Part shown: positions 37,812 to 46,782 of the stretch, in pieces
Layout of the letters: each line of letters begins with the position of its first letter
Position numbering within the stretch: the first letter of the stretch is position 1
Source: Planctomicrobium piriforme
Lineage (GTDB): Bacteria; Planctomycetota; Planctomycetia; Planctomycetales; Planctomycetaceae
Assembly: GCA_945860955.1 (NCBI GenBank)
Contig: CAMATH010000002.1
Coordinates: 23,085 to 87,084, forward strand
Direction: 5' to 3'
DNA: 64,000 nucleotides
Position numbers and translations under genes: made by a program
Notes under the pieces: generated by a model
What the model was told of the DNA's origin: nothing
Seen by the model: the letters and a program-made list of their open reading frames with translations, nothing else
Databases searched by the model: none

Positions 37812-39428
37812 TCAGTTCGCCTGCAACGATTCTTCTGGCTGAGCCTGCGCGTCGTCTTCGGTTTCAGCGCGGACTTCCCCGCGCGGCAACAACGTGAACT
37901 TCTTGATCGCCAAATCGTCACGTCCACTCCGCAACCGGAGGAAGTAATCTCCAGGCGGAAGTGATTCATCGACCTTGAACAGGAAGTTCGCCCGGAACGT
38001 CTCGCGAGCGACTGACTGTCCGACTTTGACGACCGATCGTCCGGGAACCGTCTGGTTCGGCTCGGATCCCGGTTTTGATTCGTGCAGCCAGCAATCGAGC
38101 CACATGTCTTCGTGAGGAGGACTGATCGTCGCCTGAGCGATGATCCGTTCCCCTTGCTTGAACTCACGCCGACGATTCGACAGATGTTCGCCGATCTGCA
38201 ATGTTCCCAGGTCGAACGCCAGCAACTTGTCGGAAGGACGAATCGGGCGGTCTGGCTCGAACAGTTTGTCGAATTCCTCGGGGGTGATTTCCTCCAGCGT
38301 CAACGGCCCGTTCGGACCGCGTTCTTTGTACGGATCACGCAAGTATTCGACTTCGACCGCGGCCAAGGCGACCACACCGAGCGTCAAGGCGTACGCGGCC
38401 GGCGCGGCCCAGGGGCGCTGCTGGGAAGCGGGAACCATGCGTTCCAGCCACTGCGGAATCGAACGGGCCAGCGTCGAGAAGAAGCCGGACACGCGCCAAC
38501 TCGAAATGACCTGCCATTCGCTGGTCATGATGTAACCGAGATAGCCGCTGAACATCACCATCGGGAAGATGTACAAACCCAGGGTGAACATCGTCATGAT
38601 GTGGAAGAACGCTCCAATCGCGATCGCCCACCATTTCATGCCACGGTGGAAAATCGCGAACACGAACCCGATTTCCCACACGATGGTGACGTAACCGAAC
38701 GCACTCAGAATCAACGGATACTGTGACAGCCAGTCACCCAACGGGTGGATGTTGTTGACGTAGGTCATCGTCCAGTACATCAACTGGTCGCCGCTGAAGA
38801 ACGACGGGGTGTGCATCTTGGTGATCGCCGCCCCGAGATAAATGATTCCGAACAGCAACTGCACCAACCGGGCCGGCCAAACGGGTGCTTTGGGCAGTTC
38901 AGAATTCTCTGGTCCCCCCGGATTGCGACGCCGTTCGAGCCACGCGTCCACCGACCAGATCTTGTGCGACGAAGAGACTGCCAGCAACAGCAACAGATGG
39001 GTCGCGATGACGGTGTACTTGGTGATCGTGCTGAGGGAATCGAGCAGTCCGAAGTAACTGTAGAGAACGGCCGCCGTCACCAGCGAGATCCGGGTGAACC
39101 ATCCGATCGACGAGCAGATCATCGCAGCGATCAGAATCGCGTGCAGTGCGACGGCCACTCCTCCGCCAAACTCAGGCAGCAGGCTCGGAATCGCGAAATT
39201 CACGCCCAGCGGAGCGGTCGCGCCATCGGTCGAATACAGTTCGCGGACCCACGGGTGCCGATAAAACAAGTCAATCAACAGGACGGGCGGCAGCACCATC
39301 CGCATCAACGCCATGCCGAACGGGACTTCCTCGGCGAAGAAATATCCCTGCGAACGACTGTTCGACGACGCGTCGTTCGGTGCGGTGGAAAGATTCGCGT
39401 CCATGCGGGTCTCCTGGGTCGGAATCAA
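37812..39428 (-). CDS. polytopic membrane protein, HTTM (vitamin-K-dependent gamma-carboxylase-like) domain + C-terminal soluble domain
   Basis: Has about 8 or more hydrophobic segments. The N-terminal pattern ALMRMVLPPVLLIDLFYR...ELYSTDGATAP resembles the HTTM domain start. Assignment is from memory only. Confidence 0.5.
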   Translation of the reverse strand: MIPTQETRMDANLSTAPNDASSNSRSQGYFFAEEVPFGMALMRMVLPPVLLIDLFYRHPWVRELYSTDGATAPLGVNFAIPSLLPEFGGGVAVALHAILIAAMICSSIGWFTRISLVTAAVLYSYFGLLDSLSTITKYTVIATHLLLLLAVSSSHKIWSVDAWLERRRNPGGPENSELPKAPVWPARLVQLLFGIIYLGAAITKMHTPSFFSGDQLMYWTMTYVNNIHPLGDWLSQYPLILSAFGYVTIVWEIGFVFAIFHRGMKWWAIAIGAFFHIMTMFTLGLYIFPMVMFSGYLGYIMTSEWQVISSWRVSGFFSTLARSIPQWLERMVPASQQRPWAAPAAYALTLGVVALAAVEVEYLRDPYKERGPNGPLTLEEITPEEFDKLFEPDRPIRPSDKLLAFDLGTLQIGEHLSNRRREFKQGERIIAQATISPPHEDMWLDCWLHESKPGSEPNQTVPGRSVVKVGQSVARETFRANFLFKVDESLPPGDYFLRLRSGRDDLAIKKFTLLPRGEVRAETEDDAQAQPEESLQAN

Positions 39429-39467
39429 AAAGGAAGACGGGGGTCCGACAGAATCAAGCGGGTGATG

Positions 39468-40130
39468 TCAGTTGGCGCTGGGAGACGACGTTCCCAGGAA
39501 TCTCAAATGCGACTGCGAACCAAAGGGCCGGCCAACCGGCTGGCGGGGAGTTTCGCGGACGAATACGGGCTGGTTCAATTTCGAGTCGGCCTGCAATCGG
39601 GGATTGTCGGCGAACATTCTGCCCGCCTGGTGTGCCATCCACGAATCGTAGCGTTCGGTCACCTGCGAGTCGGGAAGCATGATCGCCCGGACCCGGAAGT
39701 ACGAGAGTTTGTCTTTGGGATCGTCGTACCGCGACTCCCAGACCGGCTGCTGCAGGTTGTACTTCTTCGCCCACGCTTCTTCGATGACGAAGATCCGGGA
39801 AATCGGCTCGTGCTGCGTGTGCCTTAGTACATTGAGGCCGATCTGGCCGGCGTGGTTGTTGAAGACGTCGTAATGTTCCCGGCCGAGTGAACCGTACGGA
39901 TGCAGTTCGCCCCACGGCGTGGGAGTCAGCCGATAGTAGGTCTGACTCTCCCCTTCGGCGATGACATGAATCCGGCTGTCGTAGGCGCTCCAGCCGCAGA
40001 ACATGTCCCACACGATGTAGTACATGACGGGGTGCGCGGTGTTCCAGGCCCCCAGCATATGGGAGACAAGCCCCAGACCGAGTGCGCCGAGGTAAACCCC
40101 GATGAAGCCGACCGAGAGTAGTTTTCGCAT
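39468..40130 (-). CDS. hypothetical membrane-anchored protein (upstream operon partner of the HTTM-like gene)
   Basis: The likely start MRKLLSVGFIGVYLGALGLGLV (40130) gives an N-terminal TM. There is a 39-nt gap to the next gene on the same strand. Confidence 0.5.
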   Translation of the reverse strand: MRKLLSVGFIGVYLGALGLGLVSHMLGAWNTAHPVMYYIVWDMFCGWSAYDSRIHVIAEGESQTYYRLTPTPWGELHPYGSLGREHYDVFNNHAGQIGLNVLRHTQHEPISRIFVIEEAWAKKYNLQQPVWESRYDDPKDKLSYFRVRAIMLPDSQVTERYDSWMAHQAGRMFADNPRLQADSKLNQPVFVRETPRQPVGRPFGSQSHLRFLGTSSPSAN

Positions 40131-40304
40131 GCGACCTTCCTTCCATGGATCGGGGTTCGCGCGAGAGGGGGAGTCAGCGACCAAATTGTGGACTCAAATG
40201 TCCCGAATCGCGAGAACGGCGGGAATATCAGTCAATCTTTCGAAATCGTCAAGATCAGTTCAAGAAAAAGGGGAATTTTGCCGATGCCGGGCTGTTGAAC
40301 TTTA

Positions 40305-40458
40305 GACAGGATGAAAGGGATGAAGAGGATGGACAGGATTGCTGAAGCGACTGTCGAACCTGTGGATTTGGAGGCTTTCGATTTCAGCCACTTTTCCAGA
40401 GAGCAGGAATGGCGAACGACTCCATCCTGTTCATCCCTTTCATCCTCTTCATCCTGTC
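40305..40458. repeat. GGATGAA-iteron inverted repeat pair flanking a ~79-nt core (MITE-like)
   Basis: Left arm is gacaggatgaaagggatgaagaggatggacaggat (40305-40339). Right arm is actccatcctgttcatccctttcatcctcttcatcctgtc (40419-40458). The right arm plus its flank recurs at 22503-22590. Confidence 0.8.
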
Positions 40459-40526
40459 AAATTCTTTCCGTCTGTCGTACGCACAATGACGGCTGCGGTC
40501 GTTCCGTTTCAGTTACCGCCGTCACC

Positions 40527-40547
40527 CGACGGGTCAGCGACCCGTCC
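40527..40547. repeat. GACGGG..CCCGTC hairpin unit
   Basis: gacgggtcagcgacccgtc, the same stem family as 11540, 34957 and 35020. Confidence 0.6.
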
Positions 40548-40638
40548 GACAACATTTTGCCGCGAACCTTTCTCCGCATCCGTGTGTCTGAATCACTGAG
40601 TGCGACTGCCCGGTTGGAGTCCATGGTATCTGAACCCG

Positions 40639-40708
40639 AGGTCGTGGGTTCGAGTCCCACCGGTCACGCTTTGTTGAAACCACGTGACTGTAGCTCAGCG
40701 GTAGAGCG
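40639..40708 (+). pseudogene. tRNA-derived fragments in permuted order (3' part, 15-nt spacer, 5' part)
   Basis: 40639-40668 reads aggtc GTGGG ttcgagt CCCAC CGGTCAC g (variable loop, T-arm, 3' acceptor strand, discriminator). 40684-40708 reads GTGACTG ta GCTC agcggta GAGC g (5' acceptor strand, D-arm). The two acceptor strands are complementary. I could not fold an anticodon arm. Confidence 0.45.
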
Positions 40709-40774
40709 CGTAATCCTCTAGCCACACCTTCGTCGCCCTCATTTTCCTTCATCAGCGGCAGTTCGCCGTGATCC

Positions 40775-40810
40775 GGCGCGAAACCTCCCGGGCAGGGGAG
40801 GTTTCGCGCC
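40775..40810 (-). terminator. 15-bp perfect hairpin just downstream of the SDR gene
   Basis: ggcgcgaaacctccc / gggaggtttcgcgcc with a 6-nt loop, 14 nt after the stop at 40824. There is no obvious U-tract. Confidence 0.5.
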
Positions 40811-40823
40811 CGGTTCGTATCGG

Positions 40824-41633
40824 CTACCAGTGCATCACAAACCCACCATCCACATTGATGGTCTGTCCCGTGACCTGCCTTGCCCGTTCCGAAGAGAGAA
40901 ACACCACCATGTCGGCGATGTCTTCCGGTTGCTGCCAGCGACCCAGCGGAACCACCGTTTTCACTTTTTCACCGGCCCAGTCCTCATAGCTGCGTTTCTT
41001 TTCGGCCGGCTGCAAATCGTTCCACGCCTGCCAGACCGACCGGTTGAGCGGCGTCTGCACCATTCCCGGGCAGACCGTATTCACGCGAATTGTGTGCGGA
41101 GCCAGATCCTTCGCCAGACACTGGGCGAAATTGATATTCGCCGCCTTCGCGGCGCTGTAGGGAGGATCGGTCTGTGAACCGATCTGGCCCGCGACCGATG
41201 CGATGAACACCAGCGTCCCGGACTTCCGGGGAATCATGTCGGGCACGACGGCGTGTGCCACATGCACCATTCCCATGATGTTCACGTCGAGACACTTCTT
41301 CCAGTCGGCGGGGTGCAAATTGGTGAACGGAAAGCCGAATTTCCCCGATCCAATCCCCGCCGCGTGAACCACATGTCCGATCGGCCCCAATTCCCGCGAC
41401 GTTTCCCGCGCGACCTGTTCAACCTGGGTGAAGTCCGTGACATCGACGGCGAATCCTTGACACCGAATGCCGCTGTCGCGCGACAGCTCGGCGGCCACAT
41501 TTTCCACGGCGGGATTGCGGTCCCACAGCGCGACCGACGCACCCTCGGCGGCGAACCGTCGGGCGATCGCCAGCCCGATTCCGCTTCCGCCCCCTGTGAC
41601 AACAGCCACACGGCCGGTCAATTCCAGATCCAT
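40824..41633 (-). CDS. short-chain dehydrogenase/reductase (FabG-like SDR)
   Basis: Contains TGGGSGIGLAI (cofactor-binding), NAAG-like HAAG and the catalytic YSAAK motif. Start is at MDLELTGRVAVVTGG (41633). Confidence 0.85.
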   Translation of the reverse strand: MDLELTGRVAVVTGGGSGIGLAIARRFAAEGASVALWDRNPAVENVAAELSRDSGIRCQGFAVDVTDFTQVEQVARETSRELGPIGHVVHAAGIGSGKFGFPFTNLHPADWKKCLDVNIMGMVHVAHAVVPDMIPRKSGTLVFIASVAGQIGSQTDPPYSAAKAANINFAQCLAKDLAPHTIRVNTVCPGMVQTPLNRSVWQAWNDLQPAEKKRSYEDWAGEKVKTVVPLGRWQQPEDIADMVVFLSSERARQVTGQTINVDGGFVMHW

Positions 41634-42010
41634 GGAGTACTCGTTTCGACAGCGTTGAACAGATTGGGCTCCCGGCACTCGCACCGCCGACAGCGCGGAT
41701 GAATTCGGGAAACACACCAGACAATCGCGGTAACGTAAACAGAGTTCGCCGAATTATCCACTGGGCGGTGACAGAGAGTCCACAGTTCGGGATCGCCAAA
41801 ACTGGCTGGCTTCTCGATTTCCGCATCGCAACTTGCAATCACCGCCGCATCCGACGATGGCGCGGGCTTGAATGGAACGTAAAACTGCATCTGAGTGTCG
41901 TGGGAATCGACATGGAACCCGGGCGACCGATCAAGAGGACGCAGCCGGGGGACGAGCGTTGTGTCTTCGTTTATGCGGTCCGAAGCAACGGTGGGTCCGC
42001 ACGGGCACCA

Positions 42011-42748
42011 TCACTCAGGTTTGGAAAAGACCGCCGGCGCGAACTTCTCTTTCCGTACGATCTCGCTGTTCTCAATCTCCATGAACAGTTCGCCATCGCG
42101 ATAGACTTTGACGCGCGTGGGAACCTTGGTCCCCGCGACCTCCTGGTAGTCGGAGTAATAGGTCTCGATGTTCGCCAATTCCCCATCGACTCCCATGCCG
42201 CGCGATTTCGATTCGACTTTGACCACGAGATACGTCTGTTTGTCAAACAGAAACACCACGTCCCGATGTCCCTTGGATGAGACCCGCACCCCCACGGTGG
42301 GCTTCTCGTCGACTTCAATTGACGGGACCGGCCGGTAGCGAAACTCTTTCCCGCGCAGCGGAACCAGCGTGCGCAGCCAGTTCACATACAGGTCTTCCTT
42401 GAGAAACAGCAGCCGGTCGCCCACCAGCTCCTCCAGTTCCTCCCCCTGCTTGATCCACGCTTCATCGCCGTTACGAACCAGTGTGTAGGCGTCTTTGATC
42501 TCGCTGCGGAACTTATTGGGCCACTCAACGGAATACTCCCCTTCCTGTTCGGAATTCCCGACGATCGAGTACACCGTGATCTTTGACTTCCAGGTCTGCG
42601 CGTTGAGCTTCGAGAGTTTCTCCTTGCCGCCGGCGGCGACGATCGCTTTGTCGATCATTCCCCCCAGGTCGAGTTCCTCCTGGGCAAAACCGACCCCCGG
42701 GCCAAGAACCCACATCGCCACGCACAACATCCAACACCGTCGATCCAT
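42011..42748 (-). CDS. hypothetical secreted protein
   Basis: Signal peptide MDRRCWMLCVAMWVLGPGVGFAQ, composition typical of beta-rich proteins, no family recognised. Confidence 0.5.
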   Translation of the reverse strand: MDRRCWMLCVAMWVLGPGVGFAQEELDLGGMIDKAIVAAGGKEKLSKLNAQTWKSKITVYSIVGNSEQEGEYSVEWPNKFRSEIKDAYTLVRNGDEAWIKQGEELEELVGDRLLFLKEDLYVNWLRTLVPLRGKEFRYRPVPSIEVDEKPTVGVRVSSKGHRDVVFLFDKQTYLVVKVESKSRGMGVDGELANIETYYSDYQEVAGTKVPTRVKVYRDGELFMEIENSEIVRKEKFAPAVFSKPE

Positions 42749-42782
42749 CACGTCTTCTCCTGACAGGTCCATCAAAACCGGG

Positions 42783-45140
42783 TCAATCAACGTAGGCGAA
42801 TTCGTTCAGATTGAACAACACCAGGCACCACGTCGCCAGCGACCGCTGTTCGAGTTCGTCACCCGCCACTTTTCCCGCCGTCTCCTGATCCAACCGCCTT
42901 CGTTGGCGGTTGAGGAAGTCGACATTCTCTGACAATTCTTCCGCAGTTGGCAACCTGCCCACCGCCAGGCGGTACCCGTGGGTGACCCAGGCGGCAGCTT
43001 GCGACGTCGCGCGGGTGTCACCAACGGGTGTTTCGCGCCTGACCCGCTCGGCCATCGATCGGGCCTGTTCATTGAAGAACTCGCCGTTGAGCAACGTGAG
43101 CGCCTGGGTCGGAATCGTCGACACGACCCGTTGTTCGCACGAAGAGGTGGTATCCGCGAAATCCAGCAACTCCAATTCGGGAACCAGCAACGACCGCTTC
43201 ACGTAGACATACGCCGACCGCCGGGACGCCGAAACCGCGTCCGGCTTCCCCCAACCATCACCCGGTCGAGACTGACCTTCCAAAACCGCCTGATGGATTT
43301 TTGGAAACACGCCCGGCCCCCCCATCGCGTGATTCAAACGACCGCTGGCGACCAGAACGGTGTCGCGCACGACCTCCGCTTCCAGGCGTCGGTAGGGAAA
43401 CCGCCACAACAACCGATTCTCGACATCGACTTTCGATCCCGCCTCGTGCCATTCACTGCTCTGCGCATACGTCTCACTGAGAACAATCAACCGGTGAATC
43501 GACTTCAAGCTCCAGCCGTTGTCCATCAGGGAAATCGCCAGCCAATCGAGCAGTTCGGGGTGCGACGGAGGACTGCCCATCACGCCGAAGTCATTTTCCG
43601 ACGAAACCAGTCCCTCGCTAAAGTGCCCCTGCCAGAGGCGATTCACGATCACCCGCGCGACGAGCGGGTTTCCTCGGTCTGTCATCCAGCGGGCGAGCGC
43701 GGTCCGTCGCAGACTGGTGTTGGGGTGCGGCGAAGCGGTGACAGCGGAACCGGGACTGCCGGCGGTCGTCTTATCGGATCCGTTGAATGAGACCGGCTGC
43801 GTGGTTCGAGACAGGACTTTCGGAATCCCCGGATCGACCACGCCGGCGGGTGTCGCGGGATTCCCCCGGCGGAACACCTGAGTGAGCGCGGGAGGGCCGG
43901 CCGGTTCCTGCCAGATGTAGGCCCGGGGGAGTGGGGCCGGGGCCGCGTCGGCCAGCGCCCGCAACGCCGACTCGAACTGCGTCTGTTGTCGGCGTTCATC
44001 GGCCGTGCTGATGTCGGCGAGGTCGGCGAGCAGGTCCGCATTCGTTTTCTCGGCCAGCGATTTCTGCTCGGGGTTTCGCTGATCGGAAGTGACGCGATGG
44101 GCCTCAAAGGCGGCGGTGGATAGCCGTTTGGGGCCACCCAGAAAATACCGGTCCCGCACCTGGGACGTCACAAGCGACAACTGCTGTCGCACCGCCTGGA
44201 CCGCCGCCTCCTGTCGGGCGACCGCCCCCTTGTGTTCCGCCAGTTCCCGATCCGTCCCCACCGCCACATCCAGATCGCTCCGCCCTTCTTGCGGCCGCTT
44301 CATCGGGTCAAAAACCGACAGAAAGCCGGTGTAATCAATCTGTGACAGAGGCTCGAATTTGTGGTTGTGACACCGGGCACACCGCAGCGTCAGACCCAGA
44401 AACGCCGTGCTGACCGTCCCGACGATGTCGTCAAGCTGCTCGAAACGATCGACCACCGGGTCAGCCGGTTCGTCGTCCCAGGTTCCCAATCGCAGAAACG
44501 TGGTCGCGATCAGAGTTTCCGCCGACCGGTCGGGCAGTTCATCGCCGCTCAACTGCTCGATCACAAACCGGTCGTACGGCTTGTCCCGATTCAACGAGTC
44601 GATCACCCAGTCTCGATACCGCCAGGCGTTCGACTTGGGGCCATCCCGTTCATACCCATTCGTCTCGGCGAACCGCGCCACATCGAGCCACCGTCTTCCC
44701 CAGCGGATGCCGTATCCCGGATCGGCCAGAAGGCGATCGAGCACGCGGGCCCGGGCGTCGGGATCGTGATCGACGGCGAACGCTTCGATTTCTTCCGCCG
44801 ACGGGGGCAGACCGGTCAGGTCGATTGTGACACGCCGCAACCAGGTGGACGGGTCGGCAGGCGGATTGATCGCCAGCCCGCGTTCGGCCAGCGCCGCGGA
44901 GATAAACTGGTCGATTGGATTCGACGACTGGCTTGCCGACGTGGATGACACAGCGGGTCGCGCCGGGGGGACAAACGCCCAATGCTGATAGTGTTGCGGC
45001 TCGGGAGTGATTCCATAGACAGCGGCATCGGCCTTTTGCGGCGGCTCGTCGGCACACACCGGTGACGAATACAACCCGCCGACATGGAGCGCGACCAACA
45101 AGGCAAGGGCAACCACCGTAGTGCGGATCCTAATCCACAC
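42783..45140 (-). CDS. DUF1549 + DUF1553 (PSCyt2/PSD1-type) planctomycete protein
   Basis: Contains NPIDQFI..L...GL...P.A....LRRVTIDLTGLPPS (DUF1549), CARCHNHKFEP and a C-terminal DUF1553-like region. The start is uncertain. An in-frame GTG at 45140 gives a signal peptide, and the upstream part of the ORF-track ORF overlies repeats. Confidence 0.8.
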   Translation of the reverse strand: MWIRIRTTVVALALLVALHVGGLYSSPVCADEPPQKADAAVYGITPEPQHYQHWAFVPPARPAVSSTSASQSSNPIDQFISAALAERGLAINPPADPSTWLRRVTIDLTGLPPSAEEIEAFAVDHDPDARARVLDRLLADPGYGIRWGRRWLDVARFAETNGYERDGPKSNAWRYRDWVIDSLNRDKPYDRFVIEQLSGDELPDRSAETLIATTFLRLGTWDDEPADPVVDRFEQLDDIVGTVSTAFLGLTLRCARCHNHKFEPLSQIDYTGFLSVFDPMKRPQEGRSDLDVAVGTDRELAEHKGAVARQEAAVQAVRQQLSLVTSQVRDRYFLGGPKRLSTAAFEAHRVTSDQRNPEQKSLAEKTNADLLADLADISTADERRQQTQFESALRALADAAPAPLPRAYIWQEPAGPPALTQVFRRGNPATPAGVVDPGIPKVLSRTTQPVSFNGSDKTTAGSPGSAVTASPHPNTSLRRTALARWMTDRGNPLVARVIVNRLWQGHFSEGLVSSENDFGVMGSPPSHPELLDWLAISLMDNGWSLKSIHRLIVLSETYAQSSEWHEAGSKVDVENRLLWRFPYRRLEAEVVRDTVLVASGRLNHAMGGPGVFPKIHQAVLEGQSRPGDGWGKPDAVSASRRSAYVYVKRSLLVPELELLDFADTTSSCEQRVVSTIPTQALTLLNGEFFNEQARSMAERVRRETPVGDTRATSQAAAWVTHGYRLAVGRLPTAEELSENVDFLNRQRRRLDQETAGKVAGDELEQRSLATWCLVLFNLNEFAYVD

Positions 45141-45197
45141 GAGATTCCGTGTCGCTTCGTGTCGCGAATTTCGAGTCAAACGAGTATTTCCGACGCG

Positions 45198-45465
45198 ATG
45201 GGAGGGCGAACGTCCTCGTGAGCCGCCGTTGTGCGAACAACCGCCAAGAACCGCCTGCTGGGCCGCGCTCGGCATCCAACCGAACCGTAAAATCGAATTC
45301 GATTCGACGTCGTGGACACCCCGGAGAACGGTTTCGCTGTGCGAAAGCACAACGGCGGCTCGGCAGCAGCCTCGCCCTCCCGTGGGCGTCGTCGGCCGCC
45401 AGGAGAACGTCGCTTGGCGTTCGAAGGCACAGTGGCGGCTCGGCAGGAGTCTCGCCCTCCCGTGG
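45198..45465. repeat. three copies of a ~45-nt GC-rich repeat (one inverted, two direct)
   Basis: 45198-45240 is the inverted copy. 45338-45385 and 45416-45465 are direct copies. The shared core is gcacaRYggcggctcggcagSagYctcgccctcccgtgg. Confidence 0.75.
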
Positions 45466-45606
45466 TCCGGTTCCTCCACACCACAAATCGCGCACCGTGG
45501 GTGCCGGTCGGGTTCGCCCGACCGCCCGTTCTTCTTGGGGGACCGACGAATGAAGGACTCGAATGTCATGGGGCGTCTCCCGCAGGCAATGATCCGCCGA
45601 TTTTCA

Positions 45607-46593
45607 TTAAAACGCGCTGCCGCTCGCGCTGGGAACGGCCGCTCCGCCACCCGGTTTCGTCAGGATCGGGTTGTCAATCCGCAACGTCTCCAGCGACAGT
45701 GTCCGCCGGGTGGGAAACAGTTCGCCGACATCCAGATCGCGCGGCAACACGAACAGCACCGCGACCTGAACATCGCCGTCGGAATGCAGGTGCAGGCTGA
45801 ACCGGGTGGCGACACCAAACTCGCGGGCCATCTCACCGTCCTGCTCGGCAGGTTCCAGTTCCAATTCCTTGTAGTCGACCGGTTTGAGAAACGCGTTCGG
45901 GCGCAGCGGTAGCGTCGTCTGCCGAACCTCGTCCCCTTTGATTGTCACCCCGAGTGCCGAACTCAACAGCGCGATGAGATCGGTATGAAACCGCCCCGCC
46001 TCCTCATGGCTCGAAGCGAGATGATGGTTGCTGAGCACATACACATACCCCGAGCCAACAGCCGTCCGCCCCCCAGCGGCCACGACGGCGAGCGGTGCCT
46101 TGAACGCGCCGCGGATTCCTGGGAGAGGCGTGTTGAGAAACTGCGGCTGCCGGGGATCGGGTACGGAATCCTCCTCGACGGGTTTCCGCGGGGCGGGACG
46201 CGCGTCGCCGAATTTCGGCACATTCGTGGTCGACGGTTCCTCTTCCTCCTCCTCTTCTTCTTCCTCATCACCTTGAGCCGCATCGATGGCGGGATTGACC
46301 ATTGTTGGCATCCCTGGCGCGCTGGCGTCGGTCGTTCCCAATTCGGGAGGGGGAAGTTCAACGAATTGCAGCGGCAACCGCAGGCTGATCGAAGTCGCGC
46401 TGTCGACCCAGGGACCGTGCAGATGGGCGTTCTGCAGTTCGATCGACTCGAAGTATTTCGCGGTCGTATCGAGTCGATCCTGGTAGTCCTCCGAGCCGCA
46501 CCCGAAGATCAGCCCGAGGCCCAGCGCCAAGACCCCGCCAAACCGGGATCGTGGTGTGGATCCGAGACGCCATTCACGCTTCAAGAAGTTCAT
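45607..46593 (-). CDS. hypothetical lipoprotein with poly-Glu tract
   Basis: Lipobox-like LGLGLIFGC follows the MNFLKREW start. A run of about 10 Glu residues is encoded by a purine/pyrimidine tract near 46236-46268. Confidence 0.55.
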   Translation of the reverse strand: MNFLKREWRLGSTPRSRFGGVLALGLGLIFGCGSEDYQDRLDTTAKYFESIELQNAHLHGPWVDSATSISLRLPLQFVELPPPELGTTDASAPGMPTMVNPAIDAAQGDEEEEEEEEEEPSTTNVPKFGDARPAPRKPVEEDSVPDPRQPQFLNTPLPGIRGAFKAPLAVVAAGGRTAVGSGYVYVLSNHHLASSHEEAGRFHTDLIALLSSALGVTIKGDEVRQTTLPLRPNAFLKPVDYKELELEPAEQDGEMAREFGVATRFSLHLHSDGDVQVAVLFVLPRDLDVGELFPTRRTLSLETLRIDNPILTKPGGGAAVPSASGSAF

Positions 46594-46782
46594 GGGCCAA
46601 CCCGTCGACAACCGCTGTCGCAGGCGCGGCGGTCATCGCCGGGCTCCACAGACAGCGCCTTAAAAATACCTGATCGACCCGGCCGTTGTCAGCCACGGCG
46701 GAAAAGAATGAGCCAACCGCCCGGTTGTCAACATCGACTGATTGGTCGGCGTCAATGTCGCGGCGCAGCCTTGTTGTCGAAT

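Noticed and set aside
40596-40668. A complete conventional tRNA (or tRNA-Sec) ending at 40668
   Set aside because: No 5' acceptor strand complementary to CGGTCAC and no pairing anticodon stem can be found in the 75-95 nt upstream. Only the T-arm and 3' acceptor part are tRNA-like.
40639-40708. Two-piece (permuted) tmRNA
   Set aside because: The gene order resembles permuted ssrA, but the 5' piece has a full canonical tRNA D-arm and the acceptor stem lacks the G3-U70 alanine identity pair. No tag reading frame is evident downstream.
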